From an uncultured Clostridia bacterium (lineage in GTDB: Bacteria > Bacillota > Clostridia > TANB77 > CAG-508), in contig CALXYG010000035.1 of assembly GCA_944392885.1 (NCBI GenBank), forward strand, positions 652-64,651: DNA of 64,000 bases. Reading direction: 5' to 3'. Under the pieces are notes generated by a model. It was not told the DNA's origin. It saw nothing but the letters and a program-made list of their open reading frames with translations, and did no database searches. Positions 33,225 through 44,989 of the stretch are shown piece by piece (the first letter of the stretch is position 1; each line of letters starts with the position of its first letter). The position numbers and the translations under genes are program-made.

Positions 33225-34527
33225 ATGAATATTAAAGAAATAATCCAAAGAAAAAGGGATAGACAAGAATTAACTAAAGATGAAATTGCATATTTCGTAG
33301 ATGGATATACGAAAGGTGAAATTGAAGATTACCATATTGCTGCACTTTTAATGGCAATTTACTTAAATGGTATGACAGATAGGGAAACAGCAAATTTAAC
33401 TATGGCAATAGCAAATTCTGGAGATATTATGGATTGGCACGATATAGGTAATACAATTATTGATAAACACAGTACAGGCGGAATAGGTGACAAAGTAACA
33501 CTAATTCTCATGCCAATTATTGCATCATTGGGAATACCTGTATTAAAGATGTCTGGAAGAGGATTACGGTTTCACAGGAGGAACAATTGACAAGCTAGAA
33601 TCAATTCCTGGTTATAGAGTTAAACTAGAAAGAAAAGAGCTGGTAGATAATATAGAAAAAGTGGGAATTGCTTTAGTTGGACAGACATCAGAATTGGCAC
33701 CTGCTGATAAAAAAATTTATGCATTGCGTGACGCGATTTCTTGTGTAGATAGTATTCCTCTCATTGCTTCTAGTATAATGAGTAAAAAGATAGCTGGTGG
33801 TGCAGACAAAATTGTACTGGAAGTGACACTTGGAAGAGGAGCTTTTATGAAGAAAAAAGAAGATGCAATTTACCTTTCAAAACAAATGAATGAAATTGGA
33901 AAAATGGCAGGAAAAGAAACAATATGTATTCTTACAAATATGGACGAGCCATTAGGACGTAGTGTTGGAAATACATTAGAAGTAATAGAAGTAGTGGAGA
34001 GTTTAAAAGGAAATATAGCTCCAGATGTAGAAGAGGTTGTGTGCACATTAGGTGCATATATGTTAAAGATGGCAAAAAGAGGTGATAACATAGAGGAGAA
34101 TAAACAAAAAATACTTAAACAAATAAATAATGGAGAAGCCTTCAAGAAGTGGATGGAGCTAGTAGAAGCACAAGGTGGAGTGTTAGACTATATAGAAGAT
34201 ATAAGCTGTTTCCCAAGGGCTGCTTATGAATATACAGTAATTAGTAATAAAAGTGGAAATATTAGCAAATTAGATGCAGGAAGTATAGGAGAAATATTTG
34301 TTCTTTTAGGAGCTGGTAGAATAAAAAAAGAAGATAATATTGAAAAAGAAGTGGGAATAGTATTTCAAAAGAAAATAGGTGATAGTGTGAAAAAAGGAGA
34401 AAAAATGGCAACTATTTATGCTAATAGCAAGGAGAAAGCAGAAATAGCAATAAAAAAAGTACAAGATGCATATGAGATTGTAGATGAAAAAGTAGAAAAA
34501 CCAAAAGTTATCGTAGGAATTCTATAA
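33225..34527 (+). CDS. pdp: Pyrimidine-nucleoside (thymidine) phosphorylase, frameshift near 33567
   Basis: HSTGGIGDKVTL phosphate-binding motif. Expected [23 protein letters not shown] is broken by a 1-bp insertion (read KMSGRGLRFHRRNN*). The C-terminal domain follows in the second ORF. Confidence 0.82.
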
Positions 34528-34582
34528 AAAATGAAACTTTTTATGGAAGTAAGATGTATTACTAGTGTAAGGAGGATTTACA

Positions 34583-35074
34583 ATGTCAAGCGTGCAGAAA
34601 TCCAGGGAAGAGTATATAAACTATCTATTAGAAAAATATGGCGACATGGTTTATCGCTTAGCTCTTGCTAGAACGAAGAATAAAGAAGATGCAGAAGATG
34701 TGTTCCAAGATGTTTTCTATAAATTAAGCAAAAAAACACCAGAATTTGAAAATAAAAATCATGAAAAAGCATGGCTTATTCGCGTAACAATTAATCTTAG
34801 TAAAAACTTATTTTCATCTTCATGGATGAGGAAAATGATTTCATTAGAAGACGAAATAAAATTTGAAGAAGAATGCGAGCAAGAAGTATATTTTGAAGTA
34901 TTATCCTTACCTGTAAAATATCGCACAGCAATCCATTTGTTTTATTATGAAGGTTTTACAATTAAAGAAATTGCAAGCATTTTAAATCTTAATGAAAACA
35001 CTGTAAAAACAAGACTTTCACGTGCAAAAGAAAAACTAAAAACGAAATTGGAGGGAGGTTTTGAAGGTGGATAA
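34583..35074 (+). CDS. ECF-type RNA polymerase sigma factor (sigma-70 family, group IV)
   Basis: Region 2 (DAEDVFQDVFYKL) and region 4 HTH (EGFTIKEIASILNLNENTVKTRLSRAKEKL). Confidence 0.8.
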   Translation: MSSVQKSREEYINYLLEKYGDMVYRLALARTKNKEDAEDVFQDVFYKLSKKTPEFENKNHEKAWLIRVTINLSKNLFSSSWMRKMISLEDEIKFEEECEQEVYFEVLSLPVKYRTAIHLFYYEGFTIKEIASILNLNENTVKTRLSRAKEKLKTKLEGGFEGG

Positions 35075-36998
35075 TATAAATCTTTATAAAAGAGCTAATA
35101 ATCAAATTAAAGCTGACGAAAATTTAAAAATGAAAACAAGAAAACAGTTGCTTAGTAATAAAAAACATTATAATCGTATTGCTATAAAACTAGCCAACAT
35201 AGCAGCTATAATTCTAGTAGTATTTTCAATTATTTGGCTTTCTATTAACCAACAGGCAAATCAAATGCAGTCAATAGTAGTACTAGATTCTACTAAGCAA
35301 ACGACAAATTTGCCAAAAGTTGAAAATAAAGAAATATTGATTTCAATGTTAGAAAAGTTAAGTAATAAGCAAGTAAATAGTGTAAATGAGTCAGATGAAG
35401 TAAGTGAACAGGGAGAATATGATGTTGCAGACAAACAAAGACATAGTGATACAATTGAGCAAGTAGAAGGTGTAGAAGAGGCTGATATTGTAAAAACAGA
35501 TGGAGAATATATATATTACATCGAAAAACAAAAAGTTTGGATTATTAAGGCTGATACGTTACAGATTATAAACAATATTGTTTATGAAGAAAGTGGATTT
35601 AGCCCTTCAGAATTATATTTACATAAAAACTACCTAGTTGTTATAGGACAAAGTTTAACACAAGATAATAATGATACAGCATATTACGATGTGGCTTACA
35701 TAGGTAATACTTGTGCTTTAGTTTATGATATAAGTAAAAAAGAAGATGTGAAGGAAACAAGAAAAATTGAAATAGATGGATATACTATAGCTAGTAGAAT
35801 GATAGATGATATGGTTTATCTTGTTGTAAATCAACCAATTGAATTAACGGACCAAACAAAGGCCGATGAAGAAAAATTAAAACCAACATACTTTGACTCA
35901 GCTATTTCAGAAGAAACGCAAAAAATAGATTTTCCAGAAATCTATTATTTCCCAGGAGAGATATCAGAAAGCTGCTATTTGGTACTAGCTAGTTTTTCAG
36001 CAGAACAAACAACTGAAGCCAAAATACAGGCATATCTTGGATCTGGCAACGAGGTGTATGTTTCTGAAAGAAATATTTATGTAGCAAAATTAAATTATAA
36101 TTATGATTTGATAGACCAAGCAAAAAACATTATGGGATTTAGAACATATAATGATTATACAGAAATATACAAATTTGGATTGAAAGAAGGAAATATAGAA
36201 TATGAAGCAAGTGGAAGTGTACCAGGTTATGTACTAAATCAGTTTTCAATGGATGAAACAGATGGCTATTTTCGTATTGCTACAACTGAAGAAAATGAAA
36301 CTCTAAATCAAAGCACAAACGCATTATTTGTACTGGATAATAAATTAAATATAATAGGAAAATTGGAGAATTTAGCAAATGGAGAAAAAATATATGCAGT
36401 TCGTTATATGAAAGATAAGGCATATATTGTGACATTTAATCAAATTGATCCATTATATGTTATTGATTTAAGTAATCCAAATCTTCCGATTGTATCAGGT
36501 GAGTTAAAAGTCCAAGGTTATAGTACTTATTTACATTTTTACGATGAAACATATTTAATTGGAATTGGGGAAGCCACAAAGCTACAAGGAGAGGATGTAG
36601 TCCCAAGTGGCATAAAAATATCTTTATTTGATATTAGTAATATGAAGCAACCAAAAGAAGTGAGTACTGTTACTATTGGAGATAGGGGGACTTATTCTGA
36701 GGCGACATACAATCACAAGGTTTTCCTATTCTCCAAGGAAAAAAACTTAATAGTATTTCCTATTACTGTAATGGAAAATATTAATGGACAAACAAAAATA
36801 ACTCTACAAGGAGCAATCTTATATGGTATTTCACCAGAGAAGCAAATTTATGAAAGAGGTAAAATTGTAGCAAATAATTCTACTGAAATTATACGAAGGA
36901 GTTTCTATATAGGTGATTTGCTATATGTTTGCTCAACAGAAGGAATTCGAGTAATAGATTTAAACAGTATGCAAGAAGTAAACAAGGTTGAATTATAA
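35061..36998 (+). CDS. Membrane-spanning anti-sigma factor with large extracytoplasmic beta-propeller domain
   Basis: Overlaps the sigma gene stop; short cytoplasmic N-terminus, one transmembrane helix (IAAIILVVFSIIWLSI), then ~580-aa domain with the Firmicute beta-propeller motif ...YAVRYMKDKAYIVTFNQIDPLYVIDLSNPNLPIVSGELKVQGYSTYLHFYDETYLIGIG.... Start may be GTG 35067. Confidence 0.65.
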   Translation: MKVDNINLYKRANNQIKADENLKMKTRKQLLSNKKHYNRIAIKLANIAAIILVVFSIIWLSINQQANQMQSIVVLDSTKQTTNLPKVENKEILISMLEKLSNKQVNSVNESDEVSEQGEYDVADKQRHSDTIEQVEGVEEADIVKTDGEYIYYIEKQKVWIIKADTLQIINNIVYEESGFSPSELYLHKNYLVVIGQSLTQDNNDTAYYDVAYIGNTCALVYDISKKEDVKETRKIEIDGYTIASRMIDDMVYLVVNQPIELTDQTKADEEKLKPTYFDSAISEETQKIDFPEIYYFPGEISESCYLVLASFSAEQTTEAKIQAYLGSGNEVYVSERNIYVAKLNYNYDLIDQAKNIMGFRTYNDYTEIYKFGLKEGNIEYEASGSVPGYVLNQFSMDETDGYFRIATTEENETLNQSTNALFVLDNKLNIIGKLENLANGEKIYAVRYMKDKAYIVTFNQIDPLYVIDLSNPNLPIVSGELKVQGYSTYLHFYDETYLIGIGEATKLQGEDVVPSGIKISLFDISNMKQPKEVSTVTIGDRGTYSEATYNHKVFLFSKEKNLIVFPITVMENINGQTKITLQGAILYGISPEKQIYERGKIVANNSTEIIRRSFYIGDLLYVCSTEGIRVIDLNSMQEVNKVEL

Positions 36999-37004
36999 AA
37001 TTGA

Positions 37005-37048
37005 CCGCACTTGTTAAAAATGTGAAAATTTAACAAGTGCGGTTTAAA
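37005..37048. terminator. Strong bidirectional terminator
   Basis: accgcacttgttaaa ... tttaacaagtgcggt, 15-bp perfect stem. Confidence 0.65.
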
Positions 37049-37053
37049 TATAA

Positions 37054-37287
37054 TTATTCAATGCGCCTTTCTTGCCTTCCTTCTTGACGAGTTGATTTTT
37101 CATATTCTTTTAATTTCATTTTATATTCTAACTGCTGACACATGAACTTATAATACATATAAGCTTGCTCATATTGCACAATTGGGTTAAACATTGGATT
37201 TGAATACATATCATCCATAGATGAATCAAACCCCATACCATAGGAAGAAAATGGCGTAAAATCAGAATTTTTATCCATGCTATACAC
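37054..37287 (-). CDS. Small Met/Tyr-rich hypothetical protein (possibly spore-associated)
   Basis: 77-aa ORF (MYSMDKNSDF...YEQAYMYYKFM...) with biased composition and a basic tail. Confidence 0.35.
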   Translation of the reverse strand: MYSMDKNSDFTPFSSYGMGFDSSMDDMYSNPMFNPIVQYEQAYMYYKFMCQQLEYKMKLKEYEKSTRQEGRQERRIE

Positions 37288-37429
37288 ATCCTTTTCTGTT
37301 AAAGCATATGTAAGATTTGGAAAGTTTATGAATAATTTTTTTTATTTGAAAGATAATACAAAAAAGCAATACTTGCCCGAATATAAAAAACATGATATAA
37401 TCTCAAAAAAATGAAAGAGAGGTATGAAA

Positions 37430-38809
37430 ATGCAAAAATTAGTAAACGAAAAAAAGGTAGGATGGGAAGAAATAGATGAAGAAAGAAAAAAAGACATATT
37501 CAAATTTGCAGAAGAATATATGTTCTTTTTAAATCAAGGAAAAACAGAGCGTGAGGTTGTAAAACAAACAAGGGAAATTCTAGAAAAAAATCAATTTGTT
37601 GAAATTGATTCTATGGATGCCCTTAAACCAGGTGATAGGGTTTATTATTGCAACAGGGAAAAAAGTATATATATAGCAGTAATAGGAGAAGAAAAACTAG
37701 AGAAAGGATTGAACATTGTAGGTGCTCATATTGACTCTCCAAGGTTAGATTTAAAGCCAAACCCATTGTATGAAGATACTGGTTTTGCTTATCTAAAAAC
37801 ACATTATTATGGAGGGATTAAAAAGTACCAATGGACAACAATTCCACTTAGTATTCATGGTGTAATAGTTAAAACAAATGGAGAAAAGATTACTGTAAAC
37901 GTTGGTGAATCTGAAGATGACCCTATATTTACCATTACGGATTTATTGCCACATTTGGCGCAAGAACAAATGGAAAAGAAGTTAAAAGATGGAATTTCAG
38001 GAGAAGACTTAAATCTTTTAGTTGGCAGTATTCCTTCAGATGAAAAAGAATCAAAAGAAAGAGTAAAATATCATATTCTACAAATTCTAAATGAGAAATA
38101 TGGTATTGTAGAAGCGGATTTATTAAGTTCTGAGCTAGAAATTGTTCCAAGTTTTAAAGCTAGAAGTTTGGGATTTGATAAAAGCATGATAGCAGGTTAT
38201 GGTCAAGATGATAGAGTATGTGCTTATACATCACTTCGTGGAATACTAAATGTAAAAAAACCAAGAAGAACAGCAATCTGTATCTTGTCAGATAAAGAAG
38301 AAATTGGAAGTATGGGCAACACTGGAATGGAATCTAATGTATTTGACATATTTATTGCAGAAATACTAAATAAAACAGGAGAAAATAGACCAAACTTACT
38401 AGAAAAAGTTTTCTGCAACTCTAAAATGCTTTCAGCAGATGTGGATGCAGGCTTAGATCCAATATATAGCAGTGTCTCAGAAAAAAACAATGCAGCTTAT
38501 CTAGGCAGAGGAATTGGAATTAATAAGTATACTGGGGTAAGAGGAAAAGCGGGTGATTCTGATGCAAATGCAGAATATGTAGGTGAAATTAGAAAATTAT
38601 TAGAAAGCAGCAAAATCTTATATCAAATTTCTGAACTTGGAAGGGTAGATAATGGAGGAGGAGGAACTATTGCATATATTTTAGCTAATAAAGGAGTAGA
38701 TGTTATAGATTGTGGAGTTCCTGTTTTATCTATGCATGCACCATATGAAGTAACTAGTAAATTTGATATTTTTGAGGCATATCGCACATATGAAGCATTT
38801 TTAAAATAA
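37430..38809 (+). CDS. M18-family aminopeptidase
   Basis: M18 motifs (GAHIDSPRLDLKP, YYGGIKKYQW, ...GGGGTIAYIL); RBS aaagagagg 7 nt before ATG 37430. Confidence 0.8.
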   Translation: MQKLVNEKKVGWEEIDEERKKDIFKFAEEYMFFLNQGKTEREVVKQTREILEKNQFVEIDSMDALKPGDRVYYCNREKSIYIAVIGEEKLEKGLNIVGAHIDSPRLDLKPNPLYEDTGFAYLKTHYYGGIKKYQWTTIPLSIHGVIVKTNGEKITVNVGESEDDPIFTITDLLPHLAQEQMEKKLKDGISGEDLNLLVGSIPSDEKESKERVKYHILQILNEKYGIVEADLLSSELEIVPSFKARSLGFDKSMIAGYGQDDRVCAYTSLRGILNVKKPRRTAICILSDKEEIGSMGNTGMESNVFDIFIAEILNKTGENRPNLLEKVFCNSKMLSADVDAGLDPIYSSVSEKNNAAYLGRGIGINKYTGVRGKAGDSDANAEYVGEIRKLLESSKILYQISELGRVDNGGGGTIAYILANKGVDVIDCGVPVLSMHAPYEVTSKFDIFEAYRTYEAFLK

Positions 38810-38870
38810 ACAGGTAAATGGAATTGAACCCAAATTATTAGACCCAAAAGTTTAATAATTTGGGTTTCCT

Positions 38871-40082
38871 TTATTTAGCGAAATACCTTCTAATTGTATA
38901 AAAACACAAAAAGCATATACAACTAATAATAATTAAAAGAAAATAGTCACACATTTGGAACGAAAACTGTTTTATAGAAGATGAAAAAGAATATGTTGTT
39001 TGTACAATATCTAAATTAAAAAATGTAGTGTATGTAAGAAACAGATATGTATAAAGGGCTGCAAAAACAGCATGGAGAGATTTGCCAATAAAATATGCTT
39101 TAATTGACACATCAGTTTTTGATGTTATACTAAATACTTGAAGAAATACGGATAAACCACCAAAACCAAGCAAAAAACTGCATAAAATAACATTTTGGGA
39201 AATTGCCTTGACTGGAACAGTAGCAATTTCATTTAATCCATTTGTTAGTTCTAAAAGACCAGTTAAAAATGCAGGTAAAAATGTAGTATTAACACCAATA
39301 GTATTGAAAACAGGTTCTAGTAATAAACTAAAAATTGTAATAATATGACTTTGCTTTAACATAGAAATTATAACTGAAAAAAGAACTACAAATCCACCAA
39401 TTAGTAATATTGTATGGATTGAGCTCATAATACTCTTTGCTAAAATTTCACCAAGATTGGAAAAAGAGACATCTAAGTTGCCTGCTTGCCTCTTAAATAG
39501 TTGAGATATTGTTTTAACAGAAGTATTTGTTTTATATTTTTGTTTTCGTTTCCAAAATCGAAAACAAAAACCAACACTAAAACATGCTAAAACATGAGTT
39601 AGCAATAACAAAAGACCAGTTCTAGTATCACCAAATAAACTAATACCAACAGTGCCAACTATGAAAAGAGGTCCAGAGTTATTGGTAAAAGCTAAAAGTC
39701 TTTCACCTTCCTCTTGAGTGCATATTCCTGCTTTTCGAAAATTTGATACAATTTTTGCCCCAGTGGGGTAACCACTAATTAAACCCATAAGAAAGGCAAA
39801 GGCGCCTTCTCCAGGAACATTAAAAAGAGGACGCATAACATTATTTAAAATTTTACCAAGTAATGGAACAATAAAAGTATAACTTAGTAATTCGGTAGCA
39901 ATAAAAAACGGAAGCAAAGAGGGAACAACTGAATTTGCCCATAATAACAGACCAGATTTGGCGCTGGAAAGATTGGTTTTAGAAAAAATAAGCAGGAATA
40001 ATAAAAATAAGCAAAATATACTAGGTAAAATGGCTTTTTTCAATTTTAAAACAAAAAAGTTATTTCTTTTCACTAGAATCAC
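38871..40082 (-). CDS. ylbJ: Sporulation integral membrane protein YlbJ
   Basis: Polytopic membrane protein with nucleoside-recognition-like repeats typical of YlbJ; 403 aa. Confidence 0.7.
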   Translation of the reverse strand: MILVKRNNFFVLKLKKAILPSIFCLFLLFLLIFSKTNLSSAKSGLLLWANSVVPSLLPFFIATELLSYTFIVPLLGKILNNVMRPLFNVPGEGAFAFLMGLISGYPTGAKIVSNFRKAGICTQEEGERLLAFTNNSGPLFIVGTVGISLFGDTRTGLLLLLTHVLACFSVGFCFRFWKRKQKYKTNTSVKTISQLFKRQAGNLDVSFSNLGEILAKSIMSSIHTILLIGGFVVLFSVIISMLKQSHIITIFSLLLEPVFNTIGVNTTFLPAFLTGLLELTNGLNEIATVPVKAISQNVILCSFLLGFGGLSVFLQVFSITSKTDVSIKAYFIGKSLHAVFAALYTYLFLTYTTFFNLDIVQTTYSFSSSIKQFSFQMCDYFLLIIISCICFLCFYTIRRYFAK

Positions 40083-40217
40083 CTAATCTATTGTATGACG
40101 GAAGAACAACTTTATGTTAGAAGTCTTGAAAATGAAAAACTAGACAAGAAGCTAAAAAAGTGGTATATTATAAAAGTATGACAATAAATATTTTAATAGA
40201 AAAGAAAGAGGTATTAA

Positions 40218-41459
40218 ATGGAAGAAGAAATAAAGGAGAAACTTAAAAAATATGGTCAAGAACATGTACTTGCTTTTTATAATGAACTAACAGAAGGACA
40301 AAAAAGAAAATTAGAAGAGCAAGTTAAAAAAATAGATTTTTCACTTTTAGATGAATTATTTAGAAATAAAGAAGAAAAAATGAAAGAAGAAACAATAGAA
40401 CCAATTAATTATGAAATAAGGTCAAAGCTAGAAAACAAAGAAAAAAAGTTGTACACACAATTAGGAAAACAAGCAATTCGAAGTGGAAAAGTAGCAGTAT
40501 GTCAAATGGCAGGTGGACAAGGAACACGATTAGGACATAATGGACCAAAAGGAACATACATGGTTCCATTGGCAATACCAAAATCAATTTTTCAGATTTT
40601 TGCTGAAAAATTACAAGAGATAAACAAGGAGTACTCTGTTTGGATACCATGGTATATTATGACAAGTGATGAAAACAATGAAGAAACAATTGATTTTTTT
40701 GAAAAAAATAAATACTTTAATTATCCAAAAGAAAAGGTTAGCTTTTTTAGGCAGGGAAAGCTAGCTATGCTAGACACACAAGGAAGGGTAATATTAAATA
40801 AAAAATATGAAATAAAAGAAGCTGCAGACGGAAATGGTGGTATATTTGAAGCATTATATCGTAACAATATATTAGAAAAAATGAAAGAAGAAGACATTCA
40901 ATGGCTAGGAATAGGGAATGTAGATAACATTTTGTTAAATTTAGTAGATCCATTATGGATAGGAATGGCAGAATCAAGAAAAGTACTACTTTCTACCAAA
41001 ACTGTAACAAAGGTAAATCCAACAGAAAAAGTAGGGGTTGTATGCAAGATAGGTGGTAAACCTGGAGTAATAGAATATACAGAGATTAGTGAACAAATGG
41101 CAAATTTATGTGATGAAAATGGCCAATTAGTATATGGACAATCATATTTTGGTTGTGCATTATATAATATTAATTTATTAGAAAAAATAGGAGCAAAAAA
41201 ATTACCATATCATCCTGCTTTTAAAAAATGCGACTATATAGCTGAAAATGGAGAATTAGTAACAGCAGAAACAGCCAACGCATATAAATTTGAGAGTTTT
41301 ATTTTTGATAGTTTTAAATTTACAGATGAAGTATTATTTTTAAATGTAAAAAGGGAAGAAGAGTTTGCACCAATAAAAAATAAAATTGGGGCAGATAGTC
41401 CGGAAACAGCTAAGAAACTATATGAAGCATTTAAAAAAAAATTAGAAAACTTGAATTAA
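40218..41459 (+). CDS. UDPGP-family nucleotide-sugar pyrophosphorylase (UAP1/UDP-N-acetylhexosamine pyrophosphorylase-like)
   Basis: Signature LAGGQGTRLG variant CQMAGGQGTRLGHNGPKGTY and the downstream UDPGP core. Confidence 0.75.
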   Translation: MEEEIKEKLKKYGQEHVLAFYNELTEGQKRKLEEQVKKIDFSLLDELFRNKEEKMKEETIEPINYEIRSKLENKEKKLYTQLGKQAIRSGKVAVCQMAGGQGTRLGHNGPKGTYMVPLAIPKSIFQIFAEKLQEINKEYSVWIPWYIMTSDENNEETIDFFEKNKYFNYPKEKVSFFRQGKLAMLDTQGRVILNKKYEIKEAADGNGGIFEALYRNNILEKMKEEDIQWLGIGNVDNILLNLVDPLWIGMAESRKVLLSTKTVTKVNPTEKVGVVCKIGGKPGVIEYTEISEQMANLCDENGQLVYGQSYFGCALYNINLLEKIGAKKLPYHPAFKKCDYIAENGELVTAETANAYKFESFIFDSFKFTDEVLFLNVKREEEFAPIKNKIGADSPETAKKLYEAFKKKLENLN

Positions 41460-41502
41460 ACTATAGCATTTTAAAAAAATTATACAAACAATAAAAAGGA
41501 GT

Positions 41503-44500
41503 ATGCAAATGGATGCTAGCATAAAGATATTACCCAATTTTAAAAAATACAATCAATATATAGAAGACGTAAAGAAAAACGTCAGTCCAATGATGTTATC
41601 TGGACTAACAGATAGTGGAAAAGTGCATTTTGCTTATTCTACTCATTTTTATACTGAAAGACCAATTATGATTATTACTTTTAATGAACTACAAGCTAAA
41701 AAAATAAAAAAAGATTTGGAATACTTTACAGAGGATGTACTGTTTTTCCCCAAAAGAGAAATTTTTGCTTATGATTATATTGCTGAGAGTAAGGAAATAT
41801 TTTACCAAAGAATGAATGTTTTAAACAAAATTCATTTAAAAAAAGCTAAGGTAATTGTCACTACAATAGAGGCTTTAATGCAAAAGATTCCGGCAGAAGA
41901 TGTTTTGTATAAAAATCAAATTTCTTTGAAAATAGGTCAAACAGTTGAAATTGAAGATTTAAAAGATAAGTTACATCTGATAGGTTATGAAAGATATGAA
42001 TTGGTAGAGGCAGAAGGCCAATTTAGTAGTAGAGGTGGAATATTTGATATTGCATTATCAGATAAGAAAGGTGTTCGCATAGAATTTTGGGGAGATGAAA
42101 TTGATTCTATCAGATATTTTGATTTAGCAACCCAAAGATCAAACCAAATGATAGAAACAATACAAATTAATCCTGTACATGAATTTGTACTTGAACAGAC
42201 ATTAGAAAACATATGTCAGAATATTTTAAAAAATGCTAAAGGGGATAAAGCCATAATAGATGAAGATATACAAACTATTATAAATGGCAATTATACTGAA
42301 AAAGTAGATAGATATTTTAATAATTTTTATACAAAACAAGCTACACTTTTAGAGTATATTCAACAAAACTTTATTATATATTTAGACGAAGCATCCAAGC
42401 TCAAGGCAAGATCAGAAAATATTTTAAAAGATAGTAAAGCAGTTATTAAAACTCTAATTGAGAAAAAGAAAATAGTGCCAGATAGTATTACTTTACTAGA
42501 GGATTACTATACTTTTATGGGGCATATTGACAAAAAACAAATAATTTATCTTGAAAAGCAAGATATTGGATTTATTGATAAACAAACTATGCATGCAAAA
42601 AGAAATGGATATAGCTTTAGCTATAGGGAGGTCAACTTTTTTCGTAGTTCAATGGATTTACTGTTTGAGGAAATACAAAAAGCAAGTCTAGATAAAAAAA
42701 CAGTAATTTTATTAGGTGGGAGCTTAGAAAATAGTAAAAAACTAGTAGAAAATCTAAAACAAAGAGATATACCAAATTATTTAGTAGAAAATTCAGATAT
42801 TGATATTACTCCAGGGGTGGTTATTGTAACTACTGGAGTTATTTCTAATGGGTTTGAAGCATTTGATTTTAATCTACTTTTAATTAGTGGAGAAGAGCTG
42901 TTTGCTCCACCCAAAAAGAGAAAGATCGTTTCAACAGCTTTTAAACAAGCAGAATCAGTTGTCTTTTCTGATTTAAAACCAGGTGATTATGTAGTTCACA
43001 GGACAAATGGAATTGGACAGTTTATGGGAGTTAATACTATAAAAGCAGATGGCATTATAAAAGATTATATTAAAATTAAATATCGAGATGATGATGTACT
43101 TTATATTCCAACAAATCAATTGGATAATATTCGCAAATACATAGGTCCGGGAGGCGCTTTACCAAAACTAAATCGTTTAGGAAGCAAGGAATGGAGTAAT
43201 ACAAAACAAAAGGTAAAATCAAATTTGAAAGAGGTAGCGCGAGAGTTAATTGAATTATATGCAAAAAGACAGAAAATGGTGGGCTATGCCTTTTCAAAAG
43301 ACACACCATGGCAAATACAATTCGAAGATGAATTTCCATATACAGAAACAGAAGATCAGCTACGATGTATTGAAGAAGTTAAAAAAGATATGGAACAACA
43401 AAAACCAATGGATAGGCTACTTTGTGGGGATGTTGGTTATGGCAAAACAGAAGTTGCGATAAGAGCTGCATTCAAATCCTGTATGGATCAAAAACAAGTA
43501 GCATATTTGGTCCCTACTACAGTACTTGCAAATCAGCAATATGAATCATTTAAACAGAGAATGGAGCAATTTCCAATTCGTGTGGAACTTTTGAACCGTT
43601 TTCGTACAAAAAAAGAACAAGAAGCAATTATAAAAAAATTAAAACTTCGGTGAAGTAGATGTTATTATTGGAACACACCGAATTTTAAGTAAAGATATAG
43701 AATTTAATAATTTGGGCCTGCTTATTATTGATGAGGAACATCGTTTTGGAGTAAAAGACAAGGAAAAAATAAAACAATTAAAATCAAATATCGATGTTTT
43801 GTCTATGACTGCAACTCCGATTCCAAGAACGTTACATATGTCGATAGTTGGAATACGAGACATGTCAGTTATTTATGAACCACCACAAAATCGAAGACCT
43901 GTTCAAACTTATTTACTAGAATATGATATAGAAGTAATCAAAGAAGCTATCACAAGGGAACTAGAAAGAGAAGGTCAGGTTTTTTATTTATTCAATAATG
44001 TAGAAAATATTATAAAAAAAGCAGAAGAAATTTCCAATTTAATTCCAGAAGCAACAGTAGCTTTTGCACATGGAAAAATGTCAGGTAGAGAATTAGAAGA
44101 TATTATGGTGGACTTTATTAATAAAAAAATCGATGTTCTTGTGTGTACTACTATTTTAGAGTCAGGAATCGATATTCCAAATGCAAACACAATCATTGTG
44201 GAAAACGCAGACAGGCTAGGGTTAGCTCAACTATACCAAATTCGTGGAAGAGTTGGAAGGTCAGATAGGCAAGCTTATGCATATATCACTTATAAACGAG
44301 ACAAAATGTTATCAGAAGTAGCAGATAAAAGACTAAAAGCTATTAAGGAATTTACGGAGTTTGGATCTGGATTTAAAATAGCTATGCGTGACTTAGAGAT
44401 TCGTGGAGCTGGCAGTATTCTTGGAGAAATGCAACATGGACATATGGATGAAGTAGGATATGATATGTATTGTAAATTATTAGATGAAGTAGTAAAAGAA

Positions 44501-44989
44501 ATAAAAGGAACAGAGGTAATAGAAGAGCAAGATGTGCAAATTGATTTGTCTTTATCAAGTTATTTACCAAGTGAATATATTTCAGATAATAATCAAAAAA
44601 TTGAAGTATATCAAAATATTGCGTTATGTAAAAGTGATGAAGAGATTGACAATATTAAAGAAGAGCTAATTGATCGATATGGAAAACTACCTCATGAGGT
44701 AGAAAATTTGCTGGAAATAGCAAGGATTAAAAATTTATGCAGAAAATTAGGCATTAGTAAGATTTCACAAAAAGATAAATCTATTGTATTTCATTTTCAA
44801 ATGGAATCATTTCAAATTGAATGGGTGGATTTATTACTTGAAAAATTTCGAAATCAAATTAAATTTTCACCAGGAAAGGAACCATATATTACATATAAAA
44901 TTGAAAGTCCGGTTAAAATATCAGAAAGAATTTACGATTTTATAAATGTATTACTAAAAAAATATGAAAGGAAATTGATATGCAAGTGA
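41503..44989 (+). CDS. mfd: Transcription-repair coupling factor, frameshift near 43640 in an A-run
   Basis: UvrB-homology N-terminus, RNAP-interacting domain, and superfamily-2 translocase (GDVGYGKTEVA, DEEHRFGV). First ORF ends ...IIKKLKLR*; the gene continues in ORF 43712..44989. Confidence 0.88.
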
